Origin: Aulosira sp. ZfuVER01
GTDB lineage: Bacteria; Cyanobacteriota; Cyanobacteriia; Cyanobacteriales; Nostocaceae
DNA: 64,000 bases
Assembly (NCBI GenBank): GCA_034530615.2
Contig: JAVRCV020000037.1
Location: 1 to 64,000, forward strand
Reading direction: 5' to 3'
A program made the position numbers and the translations under genes. Numbering within the stretch: position 1 is the first letter of the stretch; each line of letters starts with the position of its first letter. Of the stretch, positions 10,801 to 20,846 are shown piece by piece. The notes beneath the pieces were generated by a model. The model was not told the origin of the DNA. It did no database searches and was given only the letters and a program-made list of their open reading frames with translations.

Positions 10801-13800
10801 CATAATATAGTTCACGGTCATATTATCCATTGGAAAGAACACGCCAGAGAATGTATTGTTCCTTTGCTGGATGGTGTACTAACGGGGTTAGAATTTGGCG
10901 ATTTAGAATGGTCTGGCTATGATTTTTTCTATGCTTGCGACCAGATGTTTTTTATTGGTCAACCGCTGGAAGAAGTTGCCCAAAAGCAAGCGCAGCATCT
11001 TGATTCTTTAATCAAACTCAAACTCGATTTTCATAGTTCTTACCTCAAGAGTTGGCGCATTGCAGTATTAAAATTACTCGATGCACCAGAGGAAGAATAC
11101 CATTGTCATGGCGAAATTCTCGATGCTGATGCTCTGTTACCAAAGTTAATCAAAGCTGATAACAACATGTTGTTGTTTGCAGCTTACTTTACTAGAGCTA
11201 TTCTCTATTATTTTGCTAAAGATTATGCGCGATCGCTTGACTACACAACTTTAGCAGAGAAACATTTAGGGGGCGTAAACGGTCTGAGTCTGAATGCTAC
11301 TTATAGGTTATATTATTCTCTCGCTCTGTTGGCTCAATATCCTCATGTTTTAAAGGAAGAACAACCGCAAATTCTCGAAAAAGTTACCCAGAATCAGCAG
11401 AAAATGCAAGAATGGGCTGTTCATGCTCCGATGAATTTTCAGCACAAATATGATTTGGTGGAAGCAGAGAAAGCACGAGTTTTGGGACAACCTTTAGTAG
11501 CGATGGATCTGTACGATCGCGCCATCTCTAACGCTAAAGAACAAGGATTTCTCCATGAAGAAGCAGTAGCCGCAGAATTAGCAGCTGAATTTTATTTTCA
11601 GCGTGGTAGGGAAAACCTTGCTAAAGATTATTTAACTCAATCCTACTATGCCTATGCTCAATGGGGAGCAAACGTCAAACTTAAAGATTTTGAAGCAAAA
11701 TATCCGCATATTTTCTCCCGCAGCCTGAAGCGAAAAGCCAAAATCCTAGAGATGAATCAGACGATTAGCTCTACGACTACAGGTAGTCCTGGGGGTTTGG
11801 ATTTAGCCGCAGTTATGAAAGCTTCGCAAGCACTTTCTGGAGAGATTTTTCTGGATAAATTGTTGAATAATTTGATGCAAATTTTAATTGAAAATGCGGG
11901 TGCAGAAAAGGGATTTTTAATTTTAGAAACAGCAGGAAAGTTACAAATAGCCGCTTCAGGAAGTGTAGATAAAGATGAAATCAATGTCCAGCAATTAATA
12001 CCTGTGGAAAGCAGTCAGCAGCTACCAATATCCATCATCAACTATGTGCAGCGAACACAGAAAGATGTGGTTCTGAATGATGCTACTAGTGAAACGGTAT
12101 TTAACCTGGATAACTATATTATCAGCCAAAAACCAAAATCTATTTTATGTGCGCCAATTGTGAATCAAGGTAAACTCATTGGCATTCTTTATTTAGAAAA
12201 TAATTTAACAACTGGAGCATTTACACCAGAACGCTTGGAAGTTTTACAACTTTTATCATCGCAAGCAGCCATCTCAATTGAAAATGCCCGCCTTTATCAT
12301 GATTTAGAAGAATATAATCGCACACTGGAAGTCAGAGTAAAAGAGCGAACCCTGGAATTACAAGCCAAAAATTTGCAACTGCAACAGGAAATCCGCGATC
12401 GCCAACGCGCTGAAGAAGCAGCCGAAACCGCCAACCGCGCCAAAAGCCAATTCCTCGCTAGTATGAGTCATGAACTCCGCACACCTCTGAATGGGATTTT
12501 GGGTTACGCGCAAATTCTCAATAAAAATAACGGCTTTACGGCTGAAGAAAAGAATGGGGTAAACATCATTTATCAATGTGGCGAACATTTACTCACACTG
12601 ATTAACGATATTTTAGATCTCTCTAAAATTGAGGCTGGAAAATTAGAACTTTATCCTACAGAATTTTCTTTTCCAGATTTTCTCGAAGGTATTGTGCAAA
12701 TCTGCAAAATTCGTAGCGAACAAAAAGGAATTTCTTTAATTTATAATCAACTATCTTCTGTACCTAAAATTGTGCGTGCCGATGAAAAACGGTTACGGCA
12801 AGTTTTAATTAATTTACTGAGCAATGCTGTCAAATTTACTGAAAAAGGTAGTGTAAAATTCCAGGTGGGATATCATGAAGGTAAATTACGGTTTCAGGTA
12901 GAAGATACAGGCATAGGTATAGCCGAGGAGCAATTAGAAGAAATATTTTTGCCTTTTAAGCAGGTAGGCGAAGATAGCCGCAAGACTGAAGGTACAGGTT
13001 TAGGATTGGCAATTAGCCGTCAATTAGTTGAGATGATGGGTGGTGAACTCAAAGTTAAAAGTACTTTAGGTAAAGGTAGTGTTTTCTGGCTAGATTTGGA
13101 TTTACCGGAGGTTGTTTTCCCAATTAATGTTAAGAAAGTTGTTGAACGTAACATAATTGGTTTTATTGGTGAGAGAAAGAAGATTTTAGTGGTAGACGAT
13201 AAATGGGCAAATCGTTCTGTTTTAGTTAATTTACTAAAACCTTTAGGGTTTGAAATTTTAGAAGCAACAGATGGCTTAGACTGTCTTCACAAAGCCTCAG
13301 AATTTAAGCCAGATTTAATTTTTATGGACTTGGTAATGACTGTAATGGATGGTTTTGAAGCCACTCGTCGTTTGCGGATGTTACCAAACTTCAAAGAAGT
13401 AAAAGTAATTGCTATATCAGCTAGCGTTTTTGATTTTGAGCAAAAGCAGAGTCTAGAAGTAGGTTGTAATGATTTTCTACCTAAACCATTCCGAGTTGCA
13501 GAACTTTTAGAAAAATTAAGAATTCACTTAGGCTTGGAATGGATTTATGAAGAAATAGAAATTGAGCCAAAACAACAAAAAGATGTTAATCTAAAAACAA
13601 AAATTCAAAATTTACAACTAATTCCTCCATCAGCAGAGGAAATTGCAATTTTGCTAGATTTGGCAATGAAAGGAGACCTCAGGAGTCTTGCCCAAAAAGC
13701 AACACAATTAGAGGAGTTAGATGAACAATTGTTACCATTTGCCACTCATTTGCGCCAACTGGCTAAAGAGTTTAAAGGAAAACAAATCGTAGATTTTATT

Positions 13801-13833
13801 AAACAATATTCACAGTCGGCTGGAAGTAATTAG
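7861..13833 (+). CDS. Ser/Thr kinase - AAA ATPase - helical region - GAF - HisKA/HATPase - receiver (HstK-like multidomain kinase)
   Basis: HKDIKPQN and DFS kinase motifs, GYSGIGKS, VFLDDLQWAD, GAF (LIGILYLENN), H-box MSHELRTPLN, G-box GTGLGLAI, receiver DLIFMD. Confidence 0.95.
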   Translation: MSITIAGYNLIEVLYDGTTTCVYRALREPEQTSVIIKTLKAEYPTIQQLTQLRHEYQILQPVEIEGIVKPLALENYQNGLALILSDFAGEPLKNFINNQNFDLSIFLNTAIQLATILSQLHQNNIIHKDIKPQNILINPQTCQVKIIDFSISSCLSKESQNPSDPNLLEGTLAYMSPEQTGRMNRSIDYRTDFYSLGATFYEMLTGQLPFQVHDSLELVHCHIAKTPVPPQEINSQIPSVISDIVMKLLAKTAEDRYQNALGLKADLEKCLQQLQATGKIANFSIGQLDLYSQFVIPQKLYGREKEVAILMNAFERVSVGSTEIMLVSGYSGIGKSCLVNEVHKLIVRQRGYFISGKFDQFKRNIPYASLIQAFQELIRQLLTESSKQIAIWQAKLLAALGNNAQVIIDVIPEVERITGSQPEVPQLGPAESQNRFNRLFQQFIHVFCKPEHPLVVFLDDLQWADSASLKLIQLLANDPDSQYLLLIGAYRDNEVHSTHPLMLTLEEIQKLGAVVNNIVLQPLRISYVNELVSDTLHTHSQKSESLADLVYKKTQGNPFFLTQLLKSLYQENLLSFNFSEACWQWDIHRLENIDITDNVIELMVSQIQKLLPTTQNVLKLAACIGDKFTLDILNIVNEKSLSETAKDLWESLQAGLVLPLNQSYKIPLVFDSDNITTVPKNAQSTITYKFLHDRVQQAAYSLILPEDKKQTHLKIGKLLLKHTPEAELEENIFEIVNQLNVGAELITQQSEKDELAQLNLIAGKKAKAATAYETAVRYLSNGLELLSDDSWNHQYNLTLDLYVEATGAEYLNLNAERATTLAEVVLKQAKSLLDKVKIYELQMLFYIQRNQMKAALETGLKVLDMMGVNLATVPPEKMDVEELANRPEMTDAEHLAIMRILVSCAAPAYATTPEVFPSIAFTLVNQSVEHGNTSLSAFGYALYGLILCAILGDIETGYRYGKLGLKLLEQFNAKQLKAAVHNIVHGHIIHWKEHARECIVPLLDGVLTGLEFGDLEWSGYDFFYACDQMFFIGQPLEEVAQKQAQHLDSLIKLKLDFHSSYLKSWRIAVLKLLDAPEEEYHCHGEILDADALLPKLIKADNNMLLFAAYFTRAILYYFAKDYARSLDYTTLAEKHLGGVNGLSLNATYRLYYSLALLAQYPHVLKEEQPQILEKVTQNQQKMQEWAVHAPMNFQHKYDLVEAEKARVLGQPLVAMDLYDRAISNAKEQGFLHEEAVAAELAAEFYFQRGRENLAKDYLTQSYYAYAQWGANVKLKDFEAKYPHIFSRSLKRKAKILEMNQTISSTTTGSPGGLDLAAVMKASQALSGEIFLDKLLNNLMQILIENAGAEKGFLILETAGKLQIAASGSVDKDEINVQQLIPVESSQQLPISIINYVQRTQKDVVLNDATSETVFNLDNYIISQKPKSILCAPIVNQGKLIGILYLENNLTTGAFTPERLEVLQLLSSQAAISIENARLYHDLEEYNRTLEVRVKERTLELQAKNLQLQQEIRDRQRAEEAAETANRAKSQFLASMSHELRTPLNGILGYAQILNKNNGFTAEEKNGVNIIYQCGEHLLTLINDILDLSKIEAGKLELYPTEFSFPDFLEGIVQICKIRSEQKGISLIYNQLSSVPKIVRADEKRLRQVLINLLSNAVKFTEKGSVKFQVGYHEGKLRFQVEDTGIGIAEEQLEEIFLPFKQVGEDSRKTEGTGLGLAISRQLVEMMGGELKVKSTLGKGSVFWLDLDLPEVVFPINVKKVVERNIIGFIGERKKILVVDDKWANRSVLVNLLKPLGFEILEATDGLDCLHKASEFKPDLIFMDLVMTVMDGFEATRRLRMLPNFKEVKVIAISASVFDFEQKQSLEVGCNDFLPKPFRVAELLEKLRIHLGLEWIYEEIEIEPKQQKDVNLKTKIQNLQLIPPSAEEIAILLDLAMKGDLRSLAQKATQLEELDEQLLPFATHLRQLAKEFKGKQIVDFIKQYSQSAGSN

Positions 13834-13863
13834 ACTGGCGCAATTCAATAAAAATTGGTGAGG

Positions 13864-13930
13864 CTTGTCATTGGTCATTTGTCATTTGACTGTTGATTCT
13901 TGACTTTTAACTTCCGTGGTGCAGTACTAG
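13864..13930. repeat. STRR-type heptamer repeats with a CTAGTAC-ended dispersed repeat
   Basis: ttgtcat/tggtcat/ttgtcat units followed by ...cttccgtggtgcagtactag. Confidence 0.6.
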
Positions 13931-13983
13931 GGATGTAGATTAACATAATTGCTGACCTCTGCTTGATTTAAACATGAGGTTTT

Positions 13984-16002
13984 ATGAATATTGATTTGAA
14001 TCATCAAGGTGTCATCTTAATTGTTGATGACACCCCAACAAATTTAGAAATGTTATTTGATTTTTTAGCCGATGCCGGATTTACGGTTTTGGTTGCGGAA
14101 GATGGTGAAAGTGCGATCGCCAGAGCTGAATATGCCCCACCTGATATGATCCTGTTGGACATCCTCATGCCAGATATAGACGGGTTTGAAACCTGTCGCC
14201 GTTTAAAAGCGAATGCACGCACGAAGGATATTCCGATTATTTTCATGACCGCACTCACAGAAACAGTAGATAAAGTCAAAGGCTTGAGTTTGGGAGCCGT
14301 CGATTACGTTACTAAACCGCTACAGCACGAAGAAGTTTTAGCCAGAATTCAACTTCATCTTCAGCTGCGCAACTTAACCAAGACACTGCAAGAGCAAAAT
14401 CAGCGTTTGGAAAGAGAAATTTCTGAGCGCCAGCAAGCAGAACAAAAAATTCATGAACAAGCTGCTTTGCTAGATATCGCTACAGATGCAATCATTGTTA
14501 ATGATTGGGACAATCAAATCAGTTTTTGGAACCAAGGGGCTGAAAATTTATACGGATGGCAAGCAACAGAAGCAATTGGTCAAAATATTAATCAGCTTCT
14601 CTATCGACCGGAAATCTTATCTCAACTGCAAAATATTCGCGCAAGTCTAGCGGAACATGGTTGCTGGCAAGGTGAATTACAGCAAGTTACTAAAGAAAAC
14701 CAACCGATTATTGTTGCTAGTCGTTGGACTTTAATGCGCGCTCGCAATGGACAACCTAAATCAATTCTGACAGTTAACACCGACATTACAGAAAAAAAAC
14801 AACTGGAAAGTCAATTTCTCCGCACGCAGCGTTTAGAAAGTTTGGGTACACTTGCTGGTGGTATTGCCCATGACCTCAACAATATACTGACACCCATTTT
14901 GTCAGCTTCACAACTGCTACAGCTAAAATGCTCTCAAGCTGATGAATGGAGTCAGCAAATGTATAGAACAATAGAAACCAATACTAAACGCGGAGCTGCT
15001 TTAGTTAAGCAAGTGCTACAGTTTGCACGCGGGGTTGAAGGTAAACGTTCAATTGTGGTAGTTAGTCGCCTGTTCTCAGAAATTGAGCAGATTGTTCATG
15101 GCACATTTCCCAAATCCATTGAATTTTCGATCAATCTCAACTCCAATCTTTGGGCTGTGATTGGAGATGCCACACACTTGCACCAAGTACTGATGAACCT
15201 CACTGTTAATGCTCGTGATGCTATGCCAAATGGAGGTAAGCTCACAATTTCTGCCACAAATTTGTTAGTTGATGAACAATATGCCCGGATGAATCTGGAT
15301 GCTAATGTTGGCCCCTATATTGTAATTACTGTTAGAGATACAGGAATGGGGATGCCGCCAGAAATTTTAGATAGAATATTTGAGCCATTTTTTACTACTA
15401 AAGAGGTTGGTAAAGGTACAGGTTTAGGACTTTCAACCGTGAGAGGGATCGTTAAAAGTCACGGTGGTTTTATTAATGTGCATAGCGAAATCGGCAAGGG
15501 AACTGAATTTAAATTGTTCTTGCCAGCAGTAGAGACTATGGCAACATCCCTAGCCGAAAATCTCGAACTGCCAGATGGGAATGGAGAATTAATTTTAGTA
15601 GTAGATGACGAAGCTAAAATTCTTGAAACTACTAAAATTTCTTTAGAAAGTTATAACTACAAAGTGATGACTGCCAGCAATGGGATTGAAGCGATCGCAC
15701 TTTATGCCCGCTACCATCATGAAATTAGCCTGGTTTTAGTAGATATGATGATGCCATTGATGGATGGTGCAACTACCATTCGCACATTGCAAACAATGAA
15801 TCCGTTAGTAAAGATTGTTGCTGTTAGCGGTTTGGTAGGCTGCAATAAAATTGCTCAAGATACAACTGTCAATAAATTTATCTCTAAACCCTACACAACT
15901 CAGGAATTATTGCAAACTTTATCTGATGTTCTTTGCCTAGGAGCAACCAGCCCAGAAAATGGAAATCAAAGCAGTAAATTGAACCGAACAATTTCCTTTT
16001 AA
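13984..16002 (+). CDS. hybrid sensor kinase REC-PAS-HisKA-HATPase-REC
   Basis: ILIVDD...DILMP receiver, PAS ([11 protein letters not shown]), GIAHDLNN H-box, [15 protein letters not shown]-terminal receiver. Confidence 0.95.
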   Translation: MNIDLNHQGVILIVDDTPTNLEMLFDFLADAGFTVLVAEDGESAIARAEYAPPDMILLDILMPDIDGFETCRRLKANARTKDIPIIFMTALTETVDKVKGLSLGAVDYVTKPLQHEEVLARIQLHLQLRNLTKTLQEQNQRLEREISERQQAEQKIHEQAALLDIATDAIIVNDWDNQISFWNQGAENLYGWQATEAIGQNINQLLYRPEILSQLQNIRASLAEHGCWQGELQQVTKENQPIIVASRWTLMRARNGQPKSILTVNTDITEKKQLESQFLRTQRLESLGTLAGGIAHDLNNILTPILSASQLLQLKCSQADEWSQQMYRTIETNTKRGAALVKQVLQFARGVEGKRSIVVVSRLFSEIEQIVHGTFPKSIEFSINLNSNLWAVIGDATHLHQVLMNLTVNARDAMPNGGKLTISATNLLVDEQYARMNLDANVGPYIVITVRDTGMGMPPEILDRIFEPFFTTKEVGKGTGLGLSTVRGIVKSHGGFINVHSEIGKGTEFKLFLPAVETMATSLAENLELPDGNGELILVVDDEAKILETTKISLESYNYKVMTASNGIEAIALYARYHHEISLVLVDMMMPLMDGATTIRTLQTMNPLVKIVAVSGLVGCNKIAQDTTVNKFISKPYTTQELLQTLSDVLCLGATSPENGNQSSKLNRTISF

Positions 16003-16200
16003 ATTCAGCAGTTAACAATTATTTGCTCAAACGTAAAATGTCAAAATCTTGGCGAATATGTAAGAGCGATCGCTTGTGAAGTACTGGAACAACAACAATA
16101 ATAGAGGTACTGAATGAATCGTTGACAGCTAGTTATACCAATTCAAATTTGAATTTTGAATTCGGAGCGTTCGTGCAGCATCTCCACAGGAGCAGCGACG

Positions 16201-16743
16201 ATGTGGATTGAGGTAGCAACTCCAGAGCAGCTGGATGAATTTAGGTGCTGGCAACATCAGGAGCGGCTGGAACCGATGACCTGTCGCCCAGTTGTCGATG
16301 GGCAACGAGTGCCACCATCCAACGAAGTTGTGACCTATGGATTTTTTGTGGCGGATAGGTCGCAACCTGTGGGTAAGTTTGCTTACTTTGATGTCAATCC
16401 CCGTAATCGATCGGCGGAGTTTGGCTATCGAATTCATCCGGCGATGCGGGGTCAGGGGTTGGGAACGCAAATGCTGCAAATATGTATCAGTCGAGTATTT
16501 CAATCTACAAATCTGAACAAGCTGTATTGCCAAACCGCAGCCTTTAATCTGCCCTCAATTCGGCTATTAGAAAAGCTGGGATTTCAAAGGGATGGGGTAC
16601 TGCGGGAGCATCATGAACTGGACGGTCTATTGCACGATGATTATGTTTATAGCCTGCTGCGCCAGGAGTGGCTGGGGCAATCCTGGGCTGTTGAATCCGA
16701 TCCGGATTTTAGGCAAAAGCCCAGAGTCAAAGAAGCGAATTAA
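16201..16743 (+). CDS. RimJ/RimL-type GNAT N-acetyltransferase
   Basis: AEFGYRIHPAMRGQGLG acetyl-CoA motif, N.PSIRLLEKLGFQRDG; ATG at 16201. Confidence 0.9.
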   Translation: MWIEVATPEQLDEFRCWQHQERLEPMTCRPVVDGQRVPPSNEVVTYGFFVADRSQPVGKFAYFDVNPRNRSAEFGYRIHPAMRGQGLGTQMLQICISRVFQSTNLNKLYCQTAAFNLPSIRLLEKLGFQRDGVLREHHELDGLLHDDYVYSLLRQEWLGQSWAVESDPDFRQKPRVKEAN

Positions 16744-18896
16744 TTACTCTCAGGTGTAGGCGTGGCTGTTGGTGTAGGCGTTGGCGTTGGCGTTGGCGTG
16801 GTTGTCGGTAATGGTGTTGTTGTCACTGTGGGTGTAGGTGTAGGAGTTTCGGTGACAGTAGGTGTGGGTGATGGTGGAGTAGGAGTTTGGGCTGTAAGGG
16901 TCAGTTGATAATCTGCTGGTTGGGATGCTTTAGAAACAACAACAAACTCATAAAATCCATTTTCAGGTAGTTTGGCTGACAAGCTGCGTTTAGTGGAATC
17001 TTCCAAAAATGTGATTTTCCCAGAGGGAGAATAGATTGATAACAAAACTTGAGAATTGGCTTTGAGATTCACTTCGAGAGATTGCTCTTTGGCAAGTTCA
17101 GCAATAAAAACTTTGCCATTACCTGAGCTAAGAGTACCACTGACTGTTTTACTGGTAGTGCCTTGGTCAAAGACGATTTTTTGAAAAGCACTATTAGCTA
17201 AAATCGCAGTGAGTTTGTCACTAACAAAGCCGTACCAAACCTGGCCAATGGGTTGATTGACAAAATCCTTGTTGCGCTTGGTAGGAAATGCATTAAAAAA
17301 GGCAGCATCTCCTAGATCGTATAAAGAACGACTGCCAACATTGATTTGGTTAACTTCTACTTTCCAGCGATCGCGTTCTGCTGATGTGTAAGTTCCTAGC
17401 TGCTGACGTGCTTTGGTACTCAGTTGTGCAAGTTTGTCTAATACTTCTGCTGCTAGTTGATCCCATTGTGCCCGCAAACTTTCATCTTCAGGGTGATCGC
17501 TAAGAGTTCGTCCTTTTAAACTGGGATTTTTCTCCCAGAAGAGTTGATTTACCAAGTTAACGTAGAAGTTATAGTCTATACCCAACTGTTGACGGCGATC
17601 GCGCAATCTATCTTTGCGTTGCTGTTCTGCTTGGGAATACTGCGGTGGAGTATTAGTTGCAGTGGGTGTTGGTGAGGGTGAAATTGTGGGATCGCCTCCA
17701 CCAGAACGCGATTGAATCAAATTATTTACTCCCCACAAACCCACTCCCGCAATCCCCGCCGTTACTAGCACCACTAGAAAGGTTTTGGTTGGTGTCCAAG
17801 AATCTGTGGGTTGAGGCGGAGGCGAAGCAATCGGAACTGGGGGAGATGGGTAACGGGGGGAAGCGATCGCAATAGTTTCAGATGTAGTAGGAGGTGTAGG
17901 TGCTTGAGTAGGTGGTTGGGTGGGTATATTTCCTATTGTCTGTGATAGGTTGAGCGCTTCTAGGACTTGGCGAACCGATTGGTAGCGATCGCCCGGTCTA
18001 GGTGATAGCATTTTCTGGAATAATTGCCCCAAAGCTGGACTCAGATTAATATCCCTTTCCCATTGCCAACTGAGGGTATAAGTATCAATTAATTCGTGCG
18101 GCTGCTTTCCTGTCAGTAAAACTAACATGGTTGCTGCCAAAGCATATAAGTCACTGTGGGGAGACACCAAACCAGTTTGCATTTGTTCTGGTGGTGCAAA
18201 TCCTACCTTACCCAATAGAGTTGCGGCTGGTGGCGATCCAACTACACCAGGCTCGTAATATTGGGAAGCTACCGTTGCTACTACTTGTTTAACACCGCCA
18301 AAATCTATTAATACTGGCAATTGATCCAGCTTACGGAGAATCAAATTATCTGGAGAAATATCTCGATGAATGACTCCTAGAGAGTGGATGTACTCTAAAA
18401 CCGGGAGAATTTGCTGCAACAGCTGCCTAATTTCCGCCTCTGTAAACCGCAACCCTTGCTGTTGACGGGTATTTAATAAAGAGTTGTAAGTTTGTCCTTC
18501 AACATAATCTTGCACCAAAAACAGATATTCCTTACCATCCAAGCTGATGCGGAAATTTTCCCGAAAGCGCGGAATTTGGGGATGTTGCAGCTTGTAGAGA
18601 ACACTGGCTTCACGCTGAAACAGTTCTTCAGCTTTTTGTAAAACGTAAGCTGTTTGAACTTGGGGAGAAAATTCTTTTAAAACACAAAGTTCGCGGAAAC
18701 GGTTGATATCTTCAGCTAAATAAGTGCGCCCAAAACCACCTTGCCCAATTTGACGCACAATTAAATAGCGATCGCCTAAAACTTGTCCTGGTTGGATATT
18801 GTGATTTACAGGTGTATCTAATTTTTCGCCGCAAGTTAGGCAAAAGCGTGCACTTGGGGGATTTTCATGTCCTTTGGAGCAATAGAAAGAATACAT
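16740..18896 (-). CDS. receptor-type Ser/Thr kinase (Zn-ribbon, kinase, Pro-rich linker, TM, extracellular domains, PT-rich tail)
   Basis: CSKGHEN..FCLTCGE, GQGGFGRTY, HRDISPDN, DFG, TM FLVVLVTAGIAGVGLWGV, terminal (PT)n. Confidence 0.93.
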   Translation of the reverse strand: MYSFYCSKGHENPPSARFCLTCGEKLDTPVNHNIQPGQVLGDRYLIVRQIGQGGFGRTYLAEDINRFRELCVLKEFSPQVQTAYVLQKAEELFQREASVLYKLQHPQIPRFRENFRISLDGKEYLFLVQDYVEGQTYNSLLNTRQQQGLRFTEAEIRQLLQQILPVLEYIHSLGVIHRDISPDNLILRKLDQLPVLIDFGGVKQVVATVASQYYEPGVVGSPPAATLLGKVGFAPPEQMQTGLVSPHSDLYALAATMLVLLTGKQPHELIDTYTLSWQWERDINLSPALGQLFQKMLSPRPGDRYQSVRQVLEALNLSQTIGNIPTQPPTQAPTPPTTSETIAIASPRYPSPPVPIASPPPQPTDSWTPTKTFLVVLVTAGIAGVGLWGVNNLIQSRSGGGDPTISPSPTPTATNTPPQYSQAEQQRKDRLRDRRQQLGIDYNFYVNLVNQLFWEKNPSLKGRTLSDHPEDESLRAQWDQLAAEVLDKLAQLSTKARQQLGTYTSAERDRWKVEVNQINVGSRSLYDLGDAAFFNAFPTKRNKDFVNQPIGQVWYGFVSDKLTAILANSAFQKIVFDQGTTSKTVSGTLSSGNGKVFIAELAKEQSLEVNLKANSQVLLSIYSPSGKITFLEDSTKRSLSAKLPENGFYEFVVVSKASQPADYQLTLTAQTPTPPSPTPTVTETPTPTPTVTTTPLPTTTPTPTPTPTPTATPTPESN

Positions 18897-18901
18897 ATTA
18901 A

Positions 18902-19010
18902 TTAGTCATTTGTCATTTGTCATTTGGCATTTGTCAAAGGTCAAGAGTCAAAAGTTATTCCTCCTTGTCCCCCTTGTCCCCCTTGTCCCTTCATCTCCCC
19001 TGCTCCCTGC
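18902..19010. repeat. STRR-type short tandem repeats
   Basis: (gtcattt)n, gtcaaag/gtcaaga units and (ccttgtccc)x3 between the two kinase genes. Confidence 0.8.
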
Positions 19011-20690
19011 TTAGTTGCCAGATTGTACCTTACTTACTTTATCGGCTGCGATCGCATACCAAATCTGACCGTAAGTTTGTTGATTCAGTTTCCCACGTGG
19101 CTGACCGGGAAACAAGCGATCGAATTGTTCGTATGTATCTTTTGTTAACTGATTTATCGTATATTTACCAAACTGTCCATCTCGTGCTTGTCGCCTCCAG
19201 GTATCGTAATCTCTCTGACTGTAGCTTCCTAGTTTACGACGAGCTGCTGAACTAAGATTAGCTTGTTCCAGTTTTTGCAACAGGTTTTCGGCAATACCAT
19301 ACCATTCCTCCCGTAATCCTGCATCTTCGGCTTTAGAAGTAAGGCTGCGTCCCTGCAATTCTGGCTTTTGTGTATAAAACAAATTATCTACCATCCGAAT
19401 GAAAAATCCCTCGGGAATTTCCAATTGTTGGCGGCGACTCAAAATTTGGCTGATGCGACTCGTTCCTTTATCGCTAACTGGTTTACCTGTAGGAATCGAT
19501 ATTGATGGGATTTTTGGTAGAGAAATTGTTGATACGCTGCGAATAATGCCATTCACCACCGCGAAGCTACCTGCGCCAACTAAAATTACCACCGCCGTTC
19601 CCCCCAGGCTGACAGCAAAAGGACGCATCCAAGCAGGAAGAGGGATTTTGTTAGCTATTAATTGCGTCTTGCTGTGGATTTTACTAATAATTTGATGAGT
19701 TTGTTTGCGTCCTGGGGCAACCACCATCGTCTTGATTTTGGTAATGTAGGGATTTGGTGGTTTAGTAGCAACTTGTGATGGTAGCTCTTTCAAGACTTGA
19801 TTAGCACTTTGGTAGCGAGCATTAGGTTGATAAGCCAACATCTTTTTTAAGACTGCTTCAAGTTTGGTACTGACTTTGATTTCTTTTCCCCAAAGCCAAA
19901 TTCCTTGGTAACTGTCATAAAGCATTTGTGGTTCCTTACCAGTTAGCAGCACTAAAGCTGTCACCGCTAAAGAATATAAATCGCTACTAAAAAAAACCTT
20001 ACCTTGTCGTAGTTGCTCTTCTGGCGCATAGCCTTTTTTCCCTAACAAAGTATGATTTACAGCCAACTGGGTAAACCAAAAACCTTGAGAAGCTGGTAAT
20101 TGCTTTACACCACCAAAGTCAATCAATACTGGTAGATTATCAGAACGCCGCCAAATCAAATTCTCTGGAGAGATATCGCGGTGAACTACATCTTTGGAAT
20201 GGAGGTAGGAAAGTACAGGTAAGATTTTTTCTAATAATCGGATTACCTCTTCTTCACTAAAAGTCTGCCCTTGACTTTGACGCTGTTCTAACAACTGACG
20301 ATAATTATCACCATCTATATAGTCTTGTACTAAAAAGAAAAAATCTCTACCCCCTAACTTCTCTTGTAGCGAGGCGTGAAATCGGGGGATTTGGGGATGC
20401 TGGAGTTTTTTGAGAACATTTGCTTCTCGTTCAAATAACTCTTTAGCTTTTTGTAAATCCTTCGGTTCTTCGACTTGCGGTGCAAATTCCTTCAGTACGC
20501 ATTGTTGGCTGGATTGGTTTTTATCCTCTGCCAAATAAGTACGACCAAAACCACCCTGACCTAATTGCCGTATAATTCGGTAGCGTTTATCCACCAGCTG
20601 CCCTACAGAAAGAGGCAAAGGTTCACCGCAGTGAGTGCAAAAACGGTTACTGCCATTATTTACGTGTTGTTTAGTGCAATAGACTTGCAT
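19011..20690 (-). CDS. receptor-type Ser/Thr kinase, paralogue of the downstream kinase
   Basis: CTKQHVN..FCTHCGE, GQGGFGRTY, HRDISPEN, DFG, TM helix, extracellular domain similar to 16740..18896. Confidence 0.93.
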   Translation of the reverse strand: MQVYCTKQHVNNGSNRFCTHCGEPLPLSVGQLVDKRYRIIRQLGQGGFGRTYLAEDKNQSSQQCVLKEFAPQVEEPKDLQKAKELFEREANVLKKLQHPQIPRFHASLQEKLGGRDFFFLVQDYIDGDNYRQLLEQRQSQGQTFSEEEVIRLLEKILPVLSYLHSKDVVHRDISPENLIWRRSDNLPVLIDFGGVKQLPASQGFWFTQLAVNHTLLGKKGYAPEEQLRQGKVFFSSDLYSLAVTALVLLTGKEPQMLYDSYQGIWLWGKEIKVSTKLEAVLKKMLAYQPNARYQSANQVLKELPSQVATKPPNPYITKIKTMVVAPGRKQTHQIISKIHSKTQLIANKIPLPAWMRPFAVSLGGTAVVILVGAGSFAVVNGIIRSVSTISLPKIPSISIPTGKPVSDKGTSRISQILSRRQQLEIPEGFFIRMVDNLFYTQKPELQGRSLTSKAEDAGLREEWYGIAENLLQKLEQANLSSAARRKLGSYSQRDYDTWRRQARDGQFGKYTINQLTKDTYEQFDRLFPGQPRGKLNQQTYGQIWYAIAADKVSKVQSGN

Positions 20691-20846
20691 GGCGCTGAGG
20701 GATAAACATAGGTTTTTAGAAATTGCTACAAGAGCTAAAGTTCCATTTACAGAAATTTTCGCAATTTCTCACACTGTCTAGCAAGTAGGTACGGCTTTTA
20801 GGCAACAACAATTATTCATGTTAAGCAATGGACTGGTTCGAGTGAG

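Noticed and set aside
16116..16143. dif/Xer-like site at TTATACCAATT
   Set aside because: No matching inverted left arm at 6-bp spacing in either copy.
18917..19255. ORFs 18917..19255 and 18924..19148 (PPCPPCPPCP)
   Set aside because: Translations of STRR repeats that overlap the kinase on the opposite strand.
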